From: Chara braunii
Lineage: Eukaryota; Plantae; Charophyceae
NCBI GenBank assembly: GCA_003427395.1
Contig: BFEA01000004.1
Coordinates: 6,377,708-6,441,707, forward strand
Length of the DNA stretch: 64,000 nt
Direction of reading: 5' to 3'
Shown piece after piece: positions 10,351 through 22,329 of the stretch. Every line of letters starts with the position of its first letter. The first letter of the stretch is position 1. Under the pieces are notes generated by a model. It did not search any database, was not told the origin of the DNA, and saw nothing but the letters and a program-made list of their open reading frames with translations. A program made the translations under genes and the position numbers.

Positions 10351-13300
10351 TGGGAGGGGGGGGGAGGGAAGGGGACGAGAGGGCTCAGTCGTAAAAGTGC
10401 ATTGTCCGATTGCACGAAGGTTCACCAATTAAGGCGTCAACAGAGTCTCATAAAAGATCGTATTCTTTTCTCATTCAAGGTGCAAAATGAAGAACCCCAA
10501 CAAACACCACGTTTTATCAACAATGATCGAGTCACGCGAGTCCTCAATCGAATGCTCCACATTGCTCCGATCGACGCATGCATGCGTCGAGACGAATGGT
10601 CATCCCATCAACAGGCAGACACCTTCATTCCAAACGCAGCACCATCACATTTCCAACACAGTTCATCACATTTCCATCACATTTCCATCGCATTTCCATC
10701 ACGAATCGAATTTGATATCCAACATGAAGTCCTGTGTTCAGTTGTTTAACAACTGTTTACCAACACACAGTTCAACGTGCGCTACGCAGTTCAACACATT
10801 ATAAACAGATTACAAACTGTTTACGAACACTTTGTTCAACTGTTTGTCCTGTCACTTCATATGCACGACATAATTCGCAAACGTTGGTTTCCTTGACTTC
10901 TAGTTGACCACGGTGCATGTGCCACGAAAAACAGATTATAAACAGTTTATTAACAGATGACAGAGGTCAAGGACCCGTGATAAACACAAAAAAAAACAGC
11001 GACAATTTTTCTGTTGTAGTGAGAGGAAGAGACCGGGCAGCGCAGAGGGGGGAGTGGACCGAAGGACAGGCAAAGCTGCAGGGACAAACAGCGGGCGCAG
11101 AAAATGGGAATGCACCTGGACGCTATCTGCGACCAGGTCCATTCGCAGGTTGAGACGGGGAAGAAACGGTGATGGCGGGAAGCTGAGCAACACGAGTGGG
11201 AAGTGGCTAGCTCGCGCTATTCTTGATAGAATCGGGCGAGTGAAGGACCGAAGTGGGGGTTTTTTGGGGCTGCAAGTCGATTAGTAGTGTTAGATTTAGC
11301 AGTAGATGGTTAGTTTTGGTGCTAGTGACAGAAGGAGGTGCGTGAAGCTATGGTGGGAGTAGAGGAGGGACAAGTGAAAAAGAAAGGATACCACTCGATT
11401 CCTGGTAGAAACAGGCGGGGGAAGAGCCTACGCGGGGGTTCTTGGGCTGGGCGACCTCGACGGTAGTGTTAGATTTGGCAAAGGTTCAGTAGAAGAAGGG
11501 ATTAGTAGAGAGGAGGGTGAGTGGAGATGGCGGAGATGGCGGATGAAGAGAGGGGAGAAAGTATAACTCGCTCGTTTCCCTACTGAATCGAGCGAGGAGG
11601 GAGTGAGTTCGGGGGGTTTTAAAGGTTGCGGTAACAAATCCGAAACTAGATTAGTGCAAAAGTTAGTGTAGAAAAAGTTAGTAGGAAAAATCGGTGCGCA
11701 GGGGTGGTTTGAGAAGTGAATGTATCTGGCTGCCTTTTGGCGGGAGATTCGTCTCCACAGGCAGCTTTACGCGAGCTTGGCGCAGGCACCAGGCGCGGCA
11801 ATGGGGTAGGCACGGGATACAGAGATACAGAGAGAGAAAGAGAGAGAGGGAGAGAGAGAGAGAAGGTGTGAAGGAAAATGGAAGCTTACCTACCGCCCGC
11901 AGTATGCCACAAAGTTGTATGAACCTGGCCGAGTGGAAGGCCAGGTACGTCTATGTTACACTGCGAAGATAAATAGTAGGATACGGGTGTGCGGGTGAGC
12001 CAGACGAAGGGAACAAGGAAGTGAAGTGAGTGAGAAAGGGCGGAGTGAGAAGTTAAGATGCTCGCCTGATTGAGCCCGCTAAGAGTCTATGAGGAGAGGA
12101 GATGTGCGCAGAGGTATCAGCGAGAAGGAGGGTGGCAAAGTGGCGATGCACATATCCCCGTTTTGGTTGAAGATGCATTCAATTTCTTCCTGTTTCATAG
12201 GAGCAATGTGAGGTCAGCCACAAGGATTGAAGGCTTACGTGCCCGTCGTCGATATTGCCATCTGATTGTTGGTATTAGAGATAGAGAATGTATGCTTACC
12301 TCGGTGAAAACGATGTGGGATGAACCGGAAGCCGAGCTACGACATCGAGTTGTGCGCTGACCCGGCATATGAGTTGGAGACATACCTGCCTATGTTTTAA
12401 CGGTGAATACAACATATATATTTTTTGGTAATCTAATCAGTGAAAAGGGGGGCTTAAGTTTAGCTGCAGGGCAGGAGACTTATCTGTTAGTAGGGTGAAT
12501 CCTCCCAGTCCTGCCGGAAGAATCATTTTGGTTTGACTTCCGTTTCGGTGAAGAAAGTGGTGTCAGGTCCGCAAGCAAGGGGCAGACAGAGTGCGGGCGG
12601 ACAGTTCACAGTCGGGCCAACAGGTGGGCTGTGACAGTGTGGCCGGACGCTGTAGCAGCTGTAGCAGCGCAGGGCACAATAGTAGGGGCCGTAGTAGGAG
12701 CGGCCTTGGGGTGAAGACCTACCTGCCGACTGATGAGCTGCTTAGCCAGGCTAGACGGAGGGGTTGTGGGGGCGTACGCTTGTCTGTTCTGATCGGTGTG
12801 TTGCTGCGTCCTCACCCTTTGCCTCCTTCGTGCTAGCTGCTCCAGCAGGTTACAGGTGGTGATAGTTACTGTGCATCAATGAGTGCAGTGCAACGGCGTG
12901 TTGAGGCTGCCGTCATACGCTGCTGTGGCACCCTGGCGTTGCGCGCTAATGATGTACGTATGACGGTCTGTTGAGATTCCGCGGAGTTGTCTGTGCGTCA
13001 GGTTGTTGTGTGGCGGTTGATTGGTCTAAGAAGAGGTACTGGGACTTAGAGGAGTGTATAGGCTTGAGAGAGGCGGTCATTGCCGTAATCTGGAGAGTCG
13101 TCAGAAGATCAACGATCAACAGATTGACTTCAGTTCGACCAACGGCTGCGCGTTTTGGCCATCATTGCGGGGCCCTCAGGCGAATGAAGGTATCAAGGCC
13201 CTCTCCTGAGAGTTGAGTTGTCCCCTTCTTGTATCTCGAGAGTTTGAAACCCCTATCTTCTGCCTTTCTTACTCGAAGTCTAATCCAGTTTTGAGAGGAA

Positions 13301-13670
13301 GGCGGCAGACGGGATTGCAACCCGTAGGACCACAACAAGGCTCTGTGGGGAGTCAACCCACCGATTGCTGGAGCTCTACCGGAACCTAGGAGAGGTTTTA
13401 GAGGCAGAGAACAATCAAGTAATCTATCTCTATTTGTATAACCCACTACACCCATGTTTGCATATTCCCCCTGTAGTCTGATTGGCGTATGCATGAGTAT
13501 CCCTATGATTCTTGTTTTCTCTTCAGGACATAACCAGGCTAAGCAAAGGAATGCATGTACAATGTCAGTTTCAGTTTCAATGTCTGGCTGAAAAGCAGAT
13601 TGTGGGGTTGCATCTGGGGGAAAGGTGAGAGAAAGGTTGTATTGCATGTGTTTGACTGGGTCAACCAAAG

Positions 13671-14337
13671 GCTGGGCCAGTTCCATAAGTTTGGGAAGGC
13701 TAAGTGCTACGTTTATTTTGAATTGTCTGGAGAGTCAGTCAAATCCATAAGTTTGGGTAGTCTGGCTGCTCTGACTTGTGAGGGTTAATTGTGAATGACT
13801 TTTCAGGAGCTAGTCAAATCCATAAGTTTGGGTAGTCTGGCGGCCTTGTTTACTTTGGATTTCTATTGATTTATTTTTGCCTTGGCTTTGAGGAAAATGA
13901 ACCAGGCTGAGGGCCAAGACATGTTTCATAAATTTGGGTGGTCTTGGTCCAACGCCTCGCATATGCAAAAACCAAAAGGTTATAACTTGGCTATACTTTA
14001 CTAGTACTCTATCTATGAACAGGCTAGTCAGACAACGTTCTATAAGTTTGGGTGGTCTGACTATAGCTTATCACAAACTGAAGAGAGTACTAATTAAGAA
14101 TAAACTTGTGGTACGAAGGGGCAGACTGAGTCTTGAGCTGAAGATGATCGGCTCAGTTATATGCTACCTCAAAAGACTAAGTGTAGATAATTATATAAAT
14201 TTTGGATATTTAAGCAGTTCAGGGCGACTAGGGTGGCCTAGTCACATGCCCAAAGAAGAGAAAAGTTGTTGTGCCCTGTGTTTGTGTATACTCCATGGCT
14301 GAGCTAGACATGTTCCATAAGTTTGGGTGGTCTAGCT
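13671..14337 (+). repeat. Spaced array of six (T)TCCATAAGTTTGGGT(A/G)GTCT motifs, most in hairpin loops
   Basis: Motif cores near 13681, 13744, 13819, 13924, 14038 and 14313, separated by unique spacers; flanking stems GGCCAAGAC/GTCTTGGTC, AGTCAGAC/GTCTGACT, AGCTAGAC/GTCTAGCT. Confidence 0.85.
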
Positions 14338-14559
14338 TTATGCCCAATGTAAGCTGGTATAAAGGGATAAATCATTGAGGGACTATGAACTATTGTTTGT
14401 TAAGTTGACTTTGGGGATGGTGAGAGTACTTACCTTTGTGGTTTAGCCTGCATGTGACTAAGTGAGGCTGCTGCTTAGTCGGATTTTCAGTTTGATAGGT
14501 AGTTGCTTTAGTCACTCGCCACGTGCTAGAGTCATAGGAGTTAGTTTCAATTCCTGCAT

Positions 14560-14960
14560 TTTCTAAGCTAAGTTCTTTTTACTTAGATCAATTCTCGCAT
14601 TTTCTGGGATTTTTTGTTATACTTGACTTTGTATAAATTTTGGTAAGCTACTTTCTCTACGGGAAGCGCTGCCGAAATTTCTGCAAATCTAGGGAGTTTG
14701 TCAACTTTTGACATTTCGAAGTTCAACTTGTTTAAATTTTATATGGCTTAGTAAAAATCTGAGAAGTCTCATTTTCTAAAGGGAGTGCTGCCCGAATTTT
14801 TATTAATCCAGGGAGTTAGACAAAATTTGACTTTGAAAGATTGAAGATTATTTCTGTTTTCATATTTAGGCTGATATAAATTTTGAAAGGGCACTTTTCC
14901 TACGGGAAGTGTTGCCGAAATTTTCTTAGTTTAGAGGAGTTAGATTATATTTTGACAGGT
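14560..14960 (+). repeat. Degenerate ~120-bp tandem repeat inside copy A
   Basis: CTACGGGAAG.G.TGCCGAAATTT-like motif at about 14657, 14776 and 14900; a reverse-complement array lies at 18340-18960. Confidence 0.8.
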
Positions 14961-15793
14961 GACAATTCTGGGAAATCCACTCTGTACAGAGGAGATTCTG
15001 CCAGGGTCTACCTTTCTTTTGACACTTACTTGGAGGTAGACTTAAACTTACGTAATTAGGATGATTTGAGTGAGATCGAGATATGGGGACTATTCTCTAT
15101 AGACTTATAGATTTAACTTGGGGATTGACATGTCTTGTGTTACAGGTCTTCTTGATCGATTGATTCAGGATTTGGGCTAGATTCAGCTTGATCCTACAAG
15201 GATCATCTTCTGTTATCACTGATAACAGATCGGTTGCCGATTCGTCGGTTTACGACTCAACTCCAATCCACTCTTGCCACTCAACCTAAAGGTTTTAGCC
15301 TTGTGATTTGAATTGTTTTGTTATGTTTTTACCCGAACTTTATTTTGAATGGCCATTTAAATAAAAGTACTGAGTATTTTATTTTGAGGAGTTGCACAAA
15401 TAGTGAGGCTTGTATGGCTAAAAGTAAAGGGTGTGAGTGCAGAGAATTGTTGAAGTTGACCCCATGTAGTGCATTTGGTTGGATCTTTGATGTGATTGAA
15501 GGTATGTTTGATGATTCGAACTTTGGATTTGACTGTCTGCGCTCACATGCATATGTATATGGCTAAGAGGAGGTCCACTGTGACTGTGAGAATTGATCGT
15601 TCAATATTAATAACTCTCTATATTTATGTGATATATATATGTCTTGAGTGTTTCGTGCGGCGTACTGGGACCACTCGTAAGGGTTAAATAGATTATGTTT
15701 TGAGAGAAAAAGAAGATATTATTTTTATCATTTGCTTTTTAGAATTTTATAGTTGGACGTTGTAGTCCGTGACAGTCGTCAAAGTCAAACCCC

Positions 15794-16269
15794 AAGAGAA
15801 GTTTAACTACAGTCGTATTTTTCATCACCACTTCAGGACTCCCTTCACCACTTCACGATGCAGCCAGTCTGCCTAAACAGGTGTTTTTTAGGGTCTTCGG
15901 ACCTTTCACCACTTCAGAACCATTCAGGTCTGAAAATCCTGAATGGTCCTGAAGTGGTGAAAGCTCCGAAGACCGTGAAAACCACCTGTTTAGGCAGGCT
16001 CCATCCTCAAGTGGTGAAGGGTTGTTTTCATGGTCTTCGGACCTTTCACCACTTCAGGACCATTCAGGATTTTCAGACTGCCCAAAACTGTCACTTGACC
16101 ACTTCAGGATACTCTTCACCACTTCAGGATGCAGCCTGCCTAAACAGGTGGTTTTCAGGGTCTTCGGACCTTTCACCACTTCATGACCATTCATGATTTT
16201 CAGACTGCCCAAAACTCTCACTTCAGAATTTTCATTCATGAATTTTCAGCTACCCGATAACCGCTTGTG
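15794..16269. mobile_element. ~475-bp non-autonomous DNA-transposon-like insertion in the LTR-like module
   Basis: Absent from the homologous site at 23195-23220; flanked by a CAAACCCC direct repeat (15786-15793 and 16270-16277); interior packed with TTCACCACTTCA motifs in both orientations. Confidence 0.75.
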
Positions 16270-17062
16270 CAAACCCCTTGACTTATCTCCAAGCCCTAGA
16301 TGATGAAGCTGGTCTCCAGGGCCATAAGAGACGATTGCCACCACAGGTATGAACCTCTGTACCACCCACTCTTGCCAGGGTGCAGAAGAGGGTGTGGTTC
16401 TCAACCGCACTTGACGGTTGTCCAGCGTCGAGAGATTAACCCTCAAGGCGCGTGTCAGCCGACACTTGAGTGTCGCATGCGACCCTCGAGATTAACGAAG
16501 ACCGCATGAGTATGGGTACTACATAGTACGCCACCATTGCGATCGCTTGTGTACGCCTGCATTGGGAATCGATATGAATTAGCCCTGCGTCCGCACGTTT
16601 TTATACGAAGTCTCACGCGCGTCGCCTATCCAATTTCCACGTCAGAAAGTTATGGGATGGCTACTAAGGGACTAGGAGTGTTGTCGCGTTGTTTGTTTTG
16701 TGTCATTTTGTGTATATGTGTGTGTTTTTATTTTTATGTTCTTTATAGTGGTGTGCGCGTGATATGTGGGATGCGTCCTAGTCGAGCGGCGACGAGCGCG
16801 CTTGGGACCTCAGCCCCCCGAGATGCTGGTTCGCGTGCGGGTCGGATAAAGGTGTATTACCGCGCGTGCCCCCTATGCTACAGCGAACGAGAAACGCCCT
16901 CGGCTGGTCCACCTCTGCGATTGCAGCTGATTAGCTTTCGTACTGTGGACTGGTAGCTAGGCGGGGATACGCCCACCGAAGGGAGGTGACANCTCCCGTA
17001 AGGTGGAGGTAAGTCGTGCCTCGCGTAGGCCCTATCCTGTCGTAGGGGCTCGCGAGAGGTAT

Positions 17063-17211
17063 GGCTGGCGCACTCGGCCGGAGCGGCTTGCGGAAGCTCC
17101 ATTGTGTATTCACGACGAGGAATTAAAACCAACTCTTGGCTGGCGCACTCGGCCGGAGCGGCTTGCGGAAGCTCCATTGTGTATTCACGACGAGGAATTA
17201 AAATCAACTCT
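17063..17211. repeat. Near-perfect 75-bp tandem duplication
   Basis: GGCTGGCGCACTCGGCCGGAGCGG...AATTAAAA.CAACTCTT twice; single copy in the homologous module at about 22390. Confidence 0.95.
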
Positions 17212-17474
17212 TGCGTGACTCGGCGGGAGGGTCCCACGCTGTCCTTGTGCGGTGCCGGACCGATGCGCTTGACAGCGGTAACTGTGACGTTCCTTTTTCC
17301 TTCCTGCTAATGAATCTTTCAATTCGTTTATTAAGTATTTAAGGTAATTCCGCGCAGAATTCTGGAAAAAAAAAAGTAACAAATCTAATGGGAAACTATG
17401 GTAAAAAAACAAAACAAAACTAACAAAACTAATAGAACTAATAGAACTACCGATTTCATGCCCCGTTCGCCAAC

Positions 17475-18271
17475 TGTCGGACTTCTGTCACAGGAAGGAG
17501 CCAAAATTTGTTACTAACTGCCTCACTCCTAATCTTCTGATGAAAGGTTCAAGCCCCACTCGATTGGAGGCGGAATTTTAAAAGTGCAGGGTCTGCTTTC
17601 GCCCTCACAAAATCAGAACTGGTCCAAAGGGCAGGATGAACTCGATCCATATATCTTCTGTTTATCGATCCGCACTTGTATCTACTGGGCTAGCTCTTAG
17701 TTGGGTTAGAACAACAGCAACCCTACTATAAGTAGAGTACAGGGCTCCGTTCTACCACGTATTTTGGTTGTTGTAGCCCGTTTTTTAGGGAAAGCACGCC
17801 CTTTTTTTGGTTTGCTGCGACTGTATGGTTGGGGCCTATATTATTTTCCTAACCTTCCTTCGCGTCTACGGCGAAGTGAATCATCAGTTTGTTTACGTCG
17901 ATAGGTTCGATGTTCGCAGACTTATTAGACTAATTAATTGATTTTCTCGTATCGTCAGAACTTTCGACTAACAAAGATTATACTCATCGTATCCCGCGTG
18001 ACTTTCTCTTTTCAGTTAACCTTCTGATCCTTGTGGTTGCGGGTTTTTTATTTGCTAATCCTTGTCGTCTTTGTTCTCACCATATTTCGCTTGTTCGGTC
18101 ACTTAGCACACTCCGCCTCAGCAGTCGAGGAGTCTCGGCCGTCTCACGGTATCGCACAAAAGCACTGCCACTTTTTCATTCCATACCATCCTCGTAATAG
18201 TTGCTGACTTCGACGCTGTGTCGAATGCGAAATCATAAGCAAATACCCTTTTAAGAGGGTTTGCTCCGACA
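17475..18271 (-). mobile_element. Putative ~800-bp LTR
   Basis: Termini TGTCGGA...TCCGACA (7-bp inverted repeat); right end ATACCCTT..AGGGTTT..CCGACA resembles the end at 41606; on the minus strand it is followed by PBS-like GT-TGGCGAACGGGGC. No TSD. Confidence 0.5.
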
Positions 18272-19210
18272 ACGTCTCATCTAACTCATCGCAAAACTAA
18301 GTTCAAAACCTATCTTTAAATGATATCATAAGTTAAAGAAAATTTTGAGAACATCTCCCCTTAACAGGGTGGACTGCATATTTTTTTCCTAATTCATAAA
18401 CAATCTAACTCCTTGAAACTATAAAAATCTCTACAACATTTCTCATAGGGAAAGTATTTTTTCATAATATACACTAAGCTAAATATGAAATATAGAATAT
18501 GACTTTGACGTGTATAAAGTCAAAATTTGTCTAACTACCTTAATTAGTAAAAATTTTGGCAACACTTCCCCTGGAGGAGTAGGCTTCAAAGAGTTATACT
18601 AAGTCAGATATGAATGTAAAGATAAAATTTCAACTTTGCAAAGACAAAATTTAATTAAGTCTTTGGATTTGTAGAAATTTTGGCATCACTTCTCCTAATG
18701 AAAGCACCCTTCCAAAATGTATATAAAGTTAAAAATTAATCTAAAATTTAATTTTGGCTTCACAAAATCAAATTTTATCTAGCTCCCTGAATTATTAAAA
18801 ATTTTCCTTAGAATGAGTCAACTTCCAAGATTTTTACTAAGTCAGATATATGATTAAGACAAAAGTTGAATTTTTGGGAGATAAATTTTGATTAATTCAT
18901 GAGATTTATAAAAATTTGGGCAGCGCTTCCACTTGCGAAAGTGTTTTTCCAAAATTTATACAAAGCCAAATATATAGTTACAATAAACTTAACTCTGAAA
19001 GACAAATTTGAACCAACCCTTGCGACTCCAGCACATTACGAGCATCTAAAGCTACTATACATCAAATACAACTCATACTAGACTTCTAACAAGAAAAACA
19101 CATGCAATAAAGGTAAGTCTCTCACCAAACCCCAAGTTGGTTTCACATTAAAAAAAATAATTGACTCTCTATTAAATAAACCATGATACCCTTACTTACC
19201 TATAACATAG

Positions 19211-19990
19211 AAAAGTTAAGTCAAACATTGCGGCCATATTGTTGAACCCCTGCCGTATGTATACATAAATAAAGGGCACACCTACTTCTCTTTTCGTGGG
19301 GCAGTTAACTAGACCAAACGTTGCGGTCATATTGTCTACTCCTGTCAAGTATTTAATATCCAATTTTGAATATCTCTTTGAACCTTTAATCTTTGAAATA
19401 AACTAATACTTAGTCAAACCGCGAGGTCACATTGCTCAGTCTGCTTTGGATTACCCTCACTATATCCGTAGTTAAATATTTCTTCCCTTTTGTGATAAGT
19501 TGTAGTTATACCAAACCTTTCGATCACATTGTCTGAGTAGCTTTGTTCAAAAATAATAATATAAACATATTTTTATAGAAAGTTGTATTCTGATATTTTT
19601 TTCAGCGTGCGCGACTTCAGATTAAATAAAACCATGCGACCATATTACTTAGTCGTCAATTCAATCCTCCCTCGGAAAAAATAATTAAAGAGTTGAACCA
19701 TTCATCTTAGAAACAATGTTCACCCTTTTTTTCTCAATACAAAAGTAGAGTACCCTGACTCGTTCATCTTAGAAACTATGCTCAGAGTTTGTTAAGAAAC
19801 CATCCAAATTAAACAAACGGTCATATCATTTATCTTATAAACAATGTCTAATCTTGTAAGTTCAAGCAATTGAAAGCCCGAAGAAAAAACAACATAATTC
19901 ATCTTAAAAACAATGTTTGGTTGTGGTAAAACAAGTCAAAGAAACTTAGCAATCAAACTATTTATCTTAGAAATAATGTTTGGTCCTTCA
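19211..19990 (-). repeat. Two spaced motif arrays in copy C
   Basis: CAAAC.TTGCGG.CATATTG-like motif 4-5 times (about 19222, 19316, 19415, 19512, 19630; period ~100) and TT(C/T)ATCTTAGAAACAATGT 5 times (19701, 19763, 19829, 19898, 19961; period ~65), with unique spacers. Confidence 0.85.
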
Positions 19991-20357
19991 GAAAACAGAA
20001 TAAAACACTGTCATGACTCATTCTTTGGTTGACCCAATAAAACGCATGTAATACCACCTTCCTCCCACCTTCCCAATGTTCATTCCCCTTTGTCTGAGTT
20101 CAAATAATGATTATAATAAATGAAATTTCTCGCATACGTTTTCTTTATTCAACCTGATTTCAATTCTGAAAAGAAACATAAATCATAGTCGTACATGCAT
20201 GTGTATCACTGAGACTAGAGAGATGTAAAAATAGTGTTTTGTGGACATACATAAGATTAGAGTTAGTGGACAAACCGACTGTACCATCACAACAAAGCGC
20301 TCGGATCAGTTGACGCGCATCATGTCCAAACCCATTTGGATCATCATAAATAAAATA

Positions 20358-20705
20358 ACTGTCATTTCGTCAAAATAAACATTTTTTATTTTTTGAAAAA
20401 AATTGAAACTGGTTTTGGCCGAAAACTCGTCTAAATTTGTTGCTCATGAGGGTCCGACGTTTTTAACACCCCGGACCCCCTAGATGTATCATGACTAAGC
20501 CTGAGACCAGATACATCCAAGGGGACCGCCTGGATGTGTCTGGTCTTAAGATAGGTCAAGATACATACAGGGGGTCCAACGTTTTAAAAACGCTGGACCG
20601 TCAGGAGAAGCAAATTTAAACGAGTTTTCAACCAAAAACGTTGAAAAAAATCAGTTTCAATTTCGTTCAAAAAATAAAAAATATCCATTTCAACGAAATG
20701 ACAGT
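20358..20705. mobile_element. ~350-bp fold-back (MITE-like palindrome)
   Basis: ACTGTCATTTCGT...AAAACTCGT.TAAATTTG...GGACCCCCT...GACCAGATACATCCA pairs with TGGATGTGTCTGGTC...AGGGGGTCC...CAAATTTAAACGAGTTTT...ACGAAATGACAGT; centre near 20525; absent from copy A. Confidence 0.85.
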
Positions 20706-22329
20706 CAAATAATATTAAAGCGTCTGGATCAATCGATGCGACATCATGTTCAATCCCAGTCAAACTTTCAGACAATCAGAAGTAAAGCGTACGGAGAAGT
20801 CGGTACGACATCACGTCCATGCTCATTCACATCATCACAAGCGATCATCATAAACTTAATTTCAGGCAAAGGATGTAATGATAAGAGCATAGTGCGTTCA
20901 CACAAGGAAAAAGAGTCATACCTGAAAGGTTTCTGCCTCTAGAACCTCGCCTAGATTCCTGCAGAGCTCCTGCAATCGGTGTGGCAAACCTCCCACATAA
21001 GCGTTGGCATGGATTACGGGTTTCCAATCCCACCTGTGGCCTTCCTCTTCAAACCAATAGACTAGACCAAGAGTAAGAATGGCAAAAAGAAAATCATTTA
21101 GCCGCTCAGATCCAAGAGAGTTGCGCCTTAACTTGCATGGTAGGGTCTTGAAACCTTGACGTGCATGAGGGTTCCGCAATGGTGGCTAATAAACACAGTA
21201 TAAATCTCATATTGCAGCCAATACACAGTGTATTCCTTTCTGGGGGCCTCCACGTCACGACAATGACCCCCTCGCAGAGCCTGATCACTTGCCCAAGTCG
21301 TAGTGCCCCTACGTCAGACCACACTATAGCTACACAACCTAGAAGGGTTGAGTGTGAATAATGTTCACCCCCCGTGCTCTATTTGAGTATGGGTATAACA
21401 ATCCAGCACAACAAAGGGTACAACATACATGAGGTAAGAACACAGTCTGCTGTTGGTATCCACCAACAACAATGAACGACAACAGATACGGGATGCGGCC
21501 AACAGTAATCTCCCCAAGCCAACAATATTTCCGTGTAGCAGATCCTAACATACCACCTGTAGTACACTGTTTCAACACCGTAGTTTTGTTGGTCTCACTA
21601 GCAATCTAGCTGCAGCAATAACATCTTCATGATCGCAACCGCAGTGGCAATATCCCAACCAACCTTAGCAGTAACTAGTTAAAACTCGCCTGAAACTGCA
21701 ACAACTTGTTGTTGCAAAAGACAACAGTATTTGACTGTGGGAATGAAACACAATGCACGTAGGCACACTCTAAAAATCTCAGCAGTAGTAGTCCGCTGAA
21801 CCATAGTACTTGGCCTCCAAAAATAACCTATAACAACCGCCTACAAATCACAGTGGAAGTAATAACAAGGTTACAACAGTGTAGAACAGTCATTGTAACA
21901 AGAGCACAACTCCAACAACAATGTTGATCGTAACAACTGTAATGAAGAGGACAGTCCGCTGCTGTGTAGCACCTCAGTTGTTGTGTAAGCACAACTTGTG
22001 CATAGTCGTAGATGCCCAAAACTAACTGTCTCTGTATTGCATCTAGGAAATCAACGTTCGTGCAGATGCCCTTCACATCGGTATTCGACGTTACCAGGTC
22101 AGCATTTCCACTTCTCCCTTGCTACCATCTCCCTCTCTCCCACTTGCATCCGTTGTAGTGTCCGCGGCTCCATTTACCATGTGCAAGCATGAGTGAATCT
22201 TCCCCTAAGACCTGAGAAGATACAATGCATAAGGGAAGCGACCGTCAAGAGAATGAACACAGTGAGCGTCGGGATAGCGACTATTGATCTCAATAACAAG
22301 AGATCCGGCGGGATCCCGACGAAAACCGA

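Larger units (their letters stand above)
11000..17274 (+). mobile_element. Non-coding retroelement-like repeat, copy A
   Basis: 13200-13400 is the reverse complement of 20935-21130 and 24250-24480; 14900-15790 is the reverse complement of 23200-24120; ends in an LTR-like module. Left boundary approximate; no recognisable gag or pol. Confidence 0.7.
15761..17274 (+). repeat. LTR-like module of copy A
   Basis: Reverse complement of 22330-23236; ends GATGCGCTTGACA, matching the end GATGCGCTCGACA of the PBS-adjacent LTR at 36629; shares the CCCCTACGACAGGATAGG block with 36825. The start is 15761 (TGTAG) or about 15777. Confidence 0.65.
18272..22210 (-). mobile_element. Non-coding retroelement-like repeat, copy C
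   Basis: Collinear in reverse with copy A (120-bp repeats, array region, TTTGGTTGACCCA anchor at 20024, 20935-21130 block). Confidence 0.7.

Noticed and set aside
17535-17600. Hammerhead ribozyme at CTGATGA (also TTGATGAG at about 45045)
   Set aside because: No correctly placed stem II and GAAA core, or stems I and III, could be built.
13671-19990. CRISPR array interpretation of the spaced motif arrays
   Set aside because: Eukaryotic repeat context, no cas genes, repeats only about 18-20 nt and degenerate, spacer lengths irregular, and the pairing comes from the flanks rather than from the repeat.
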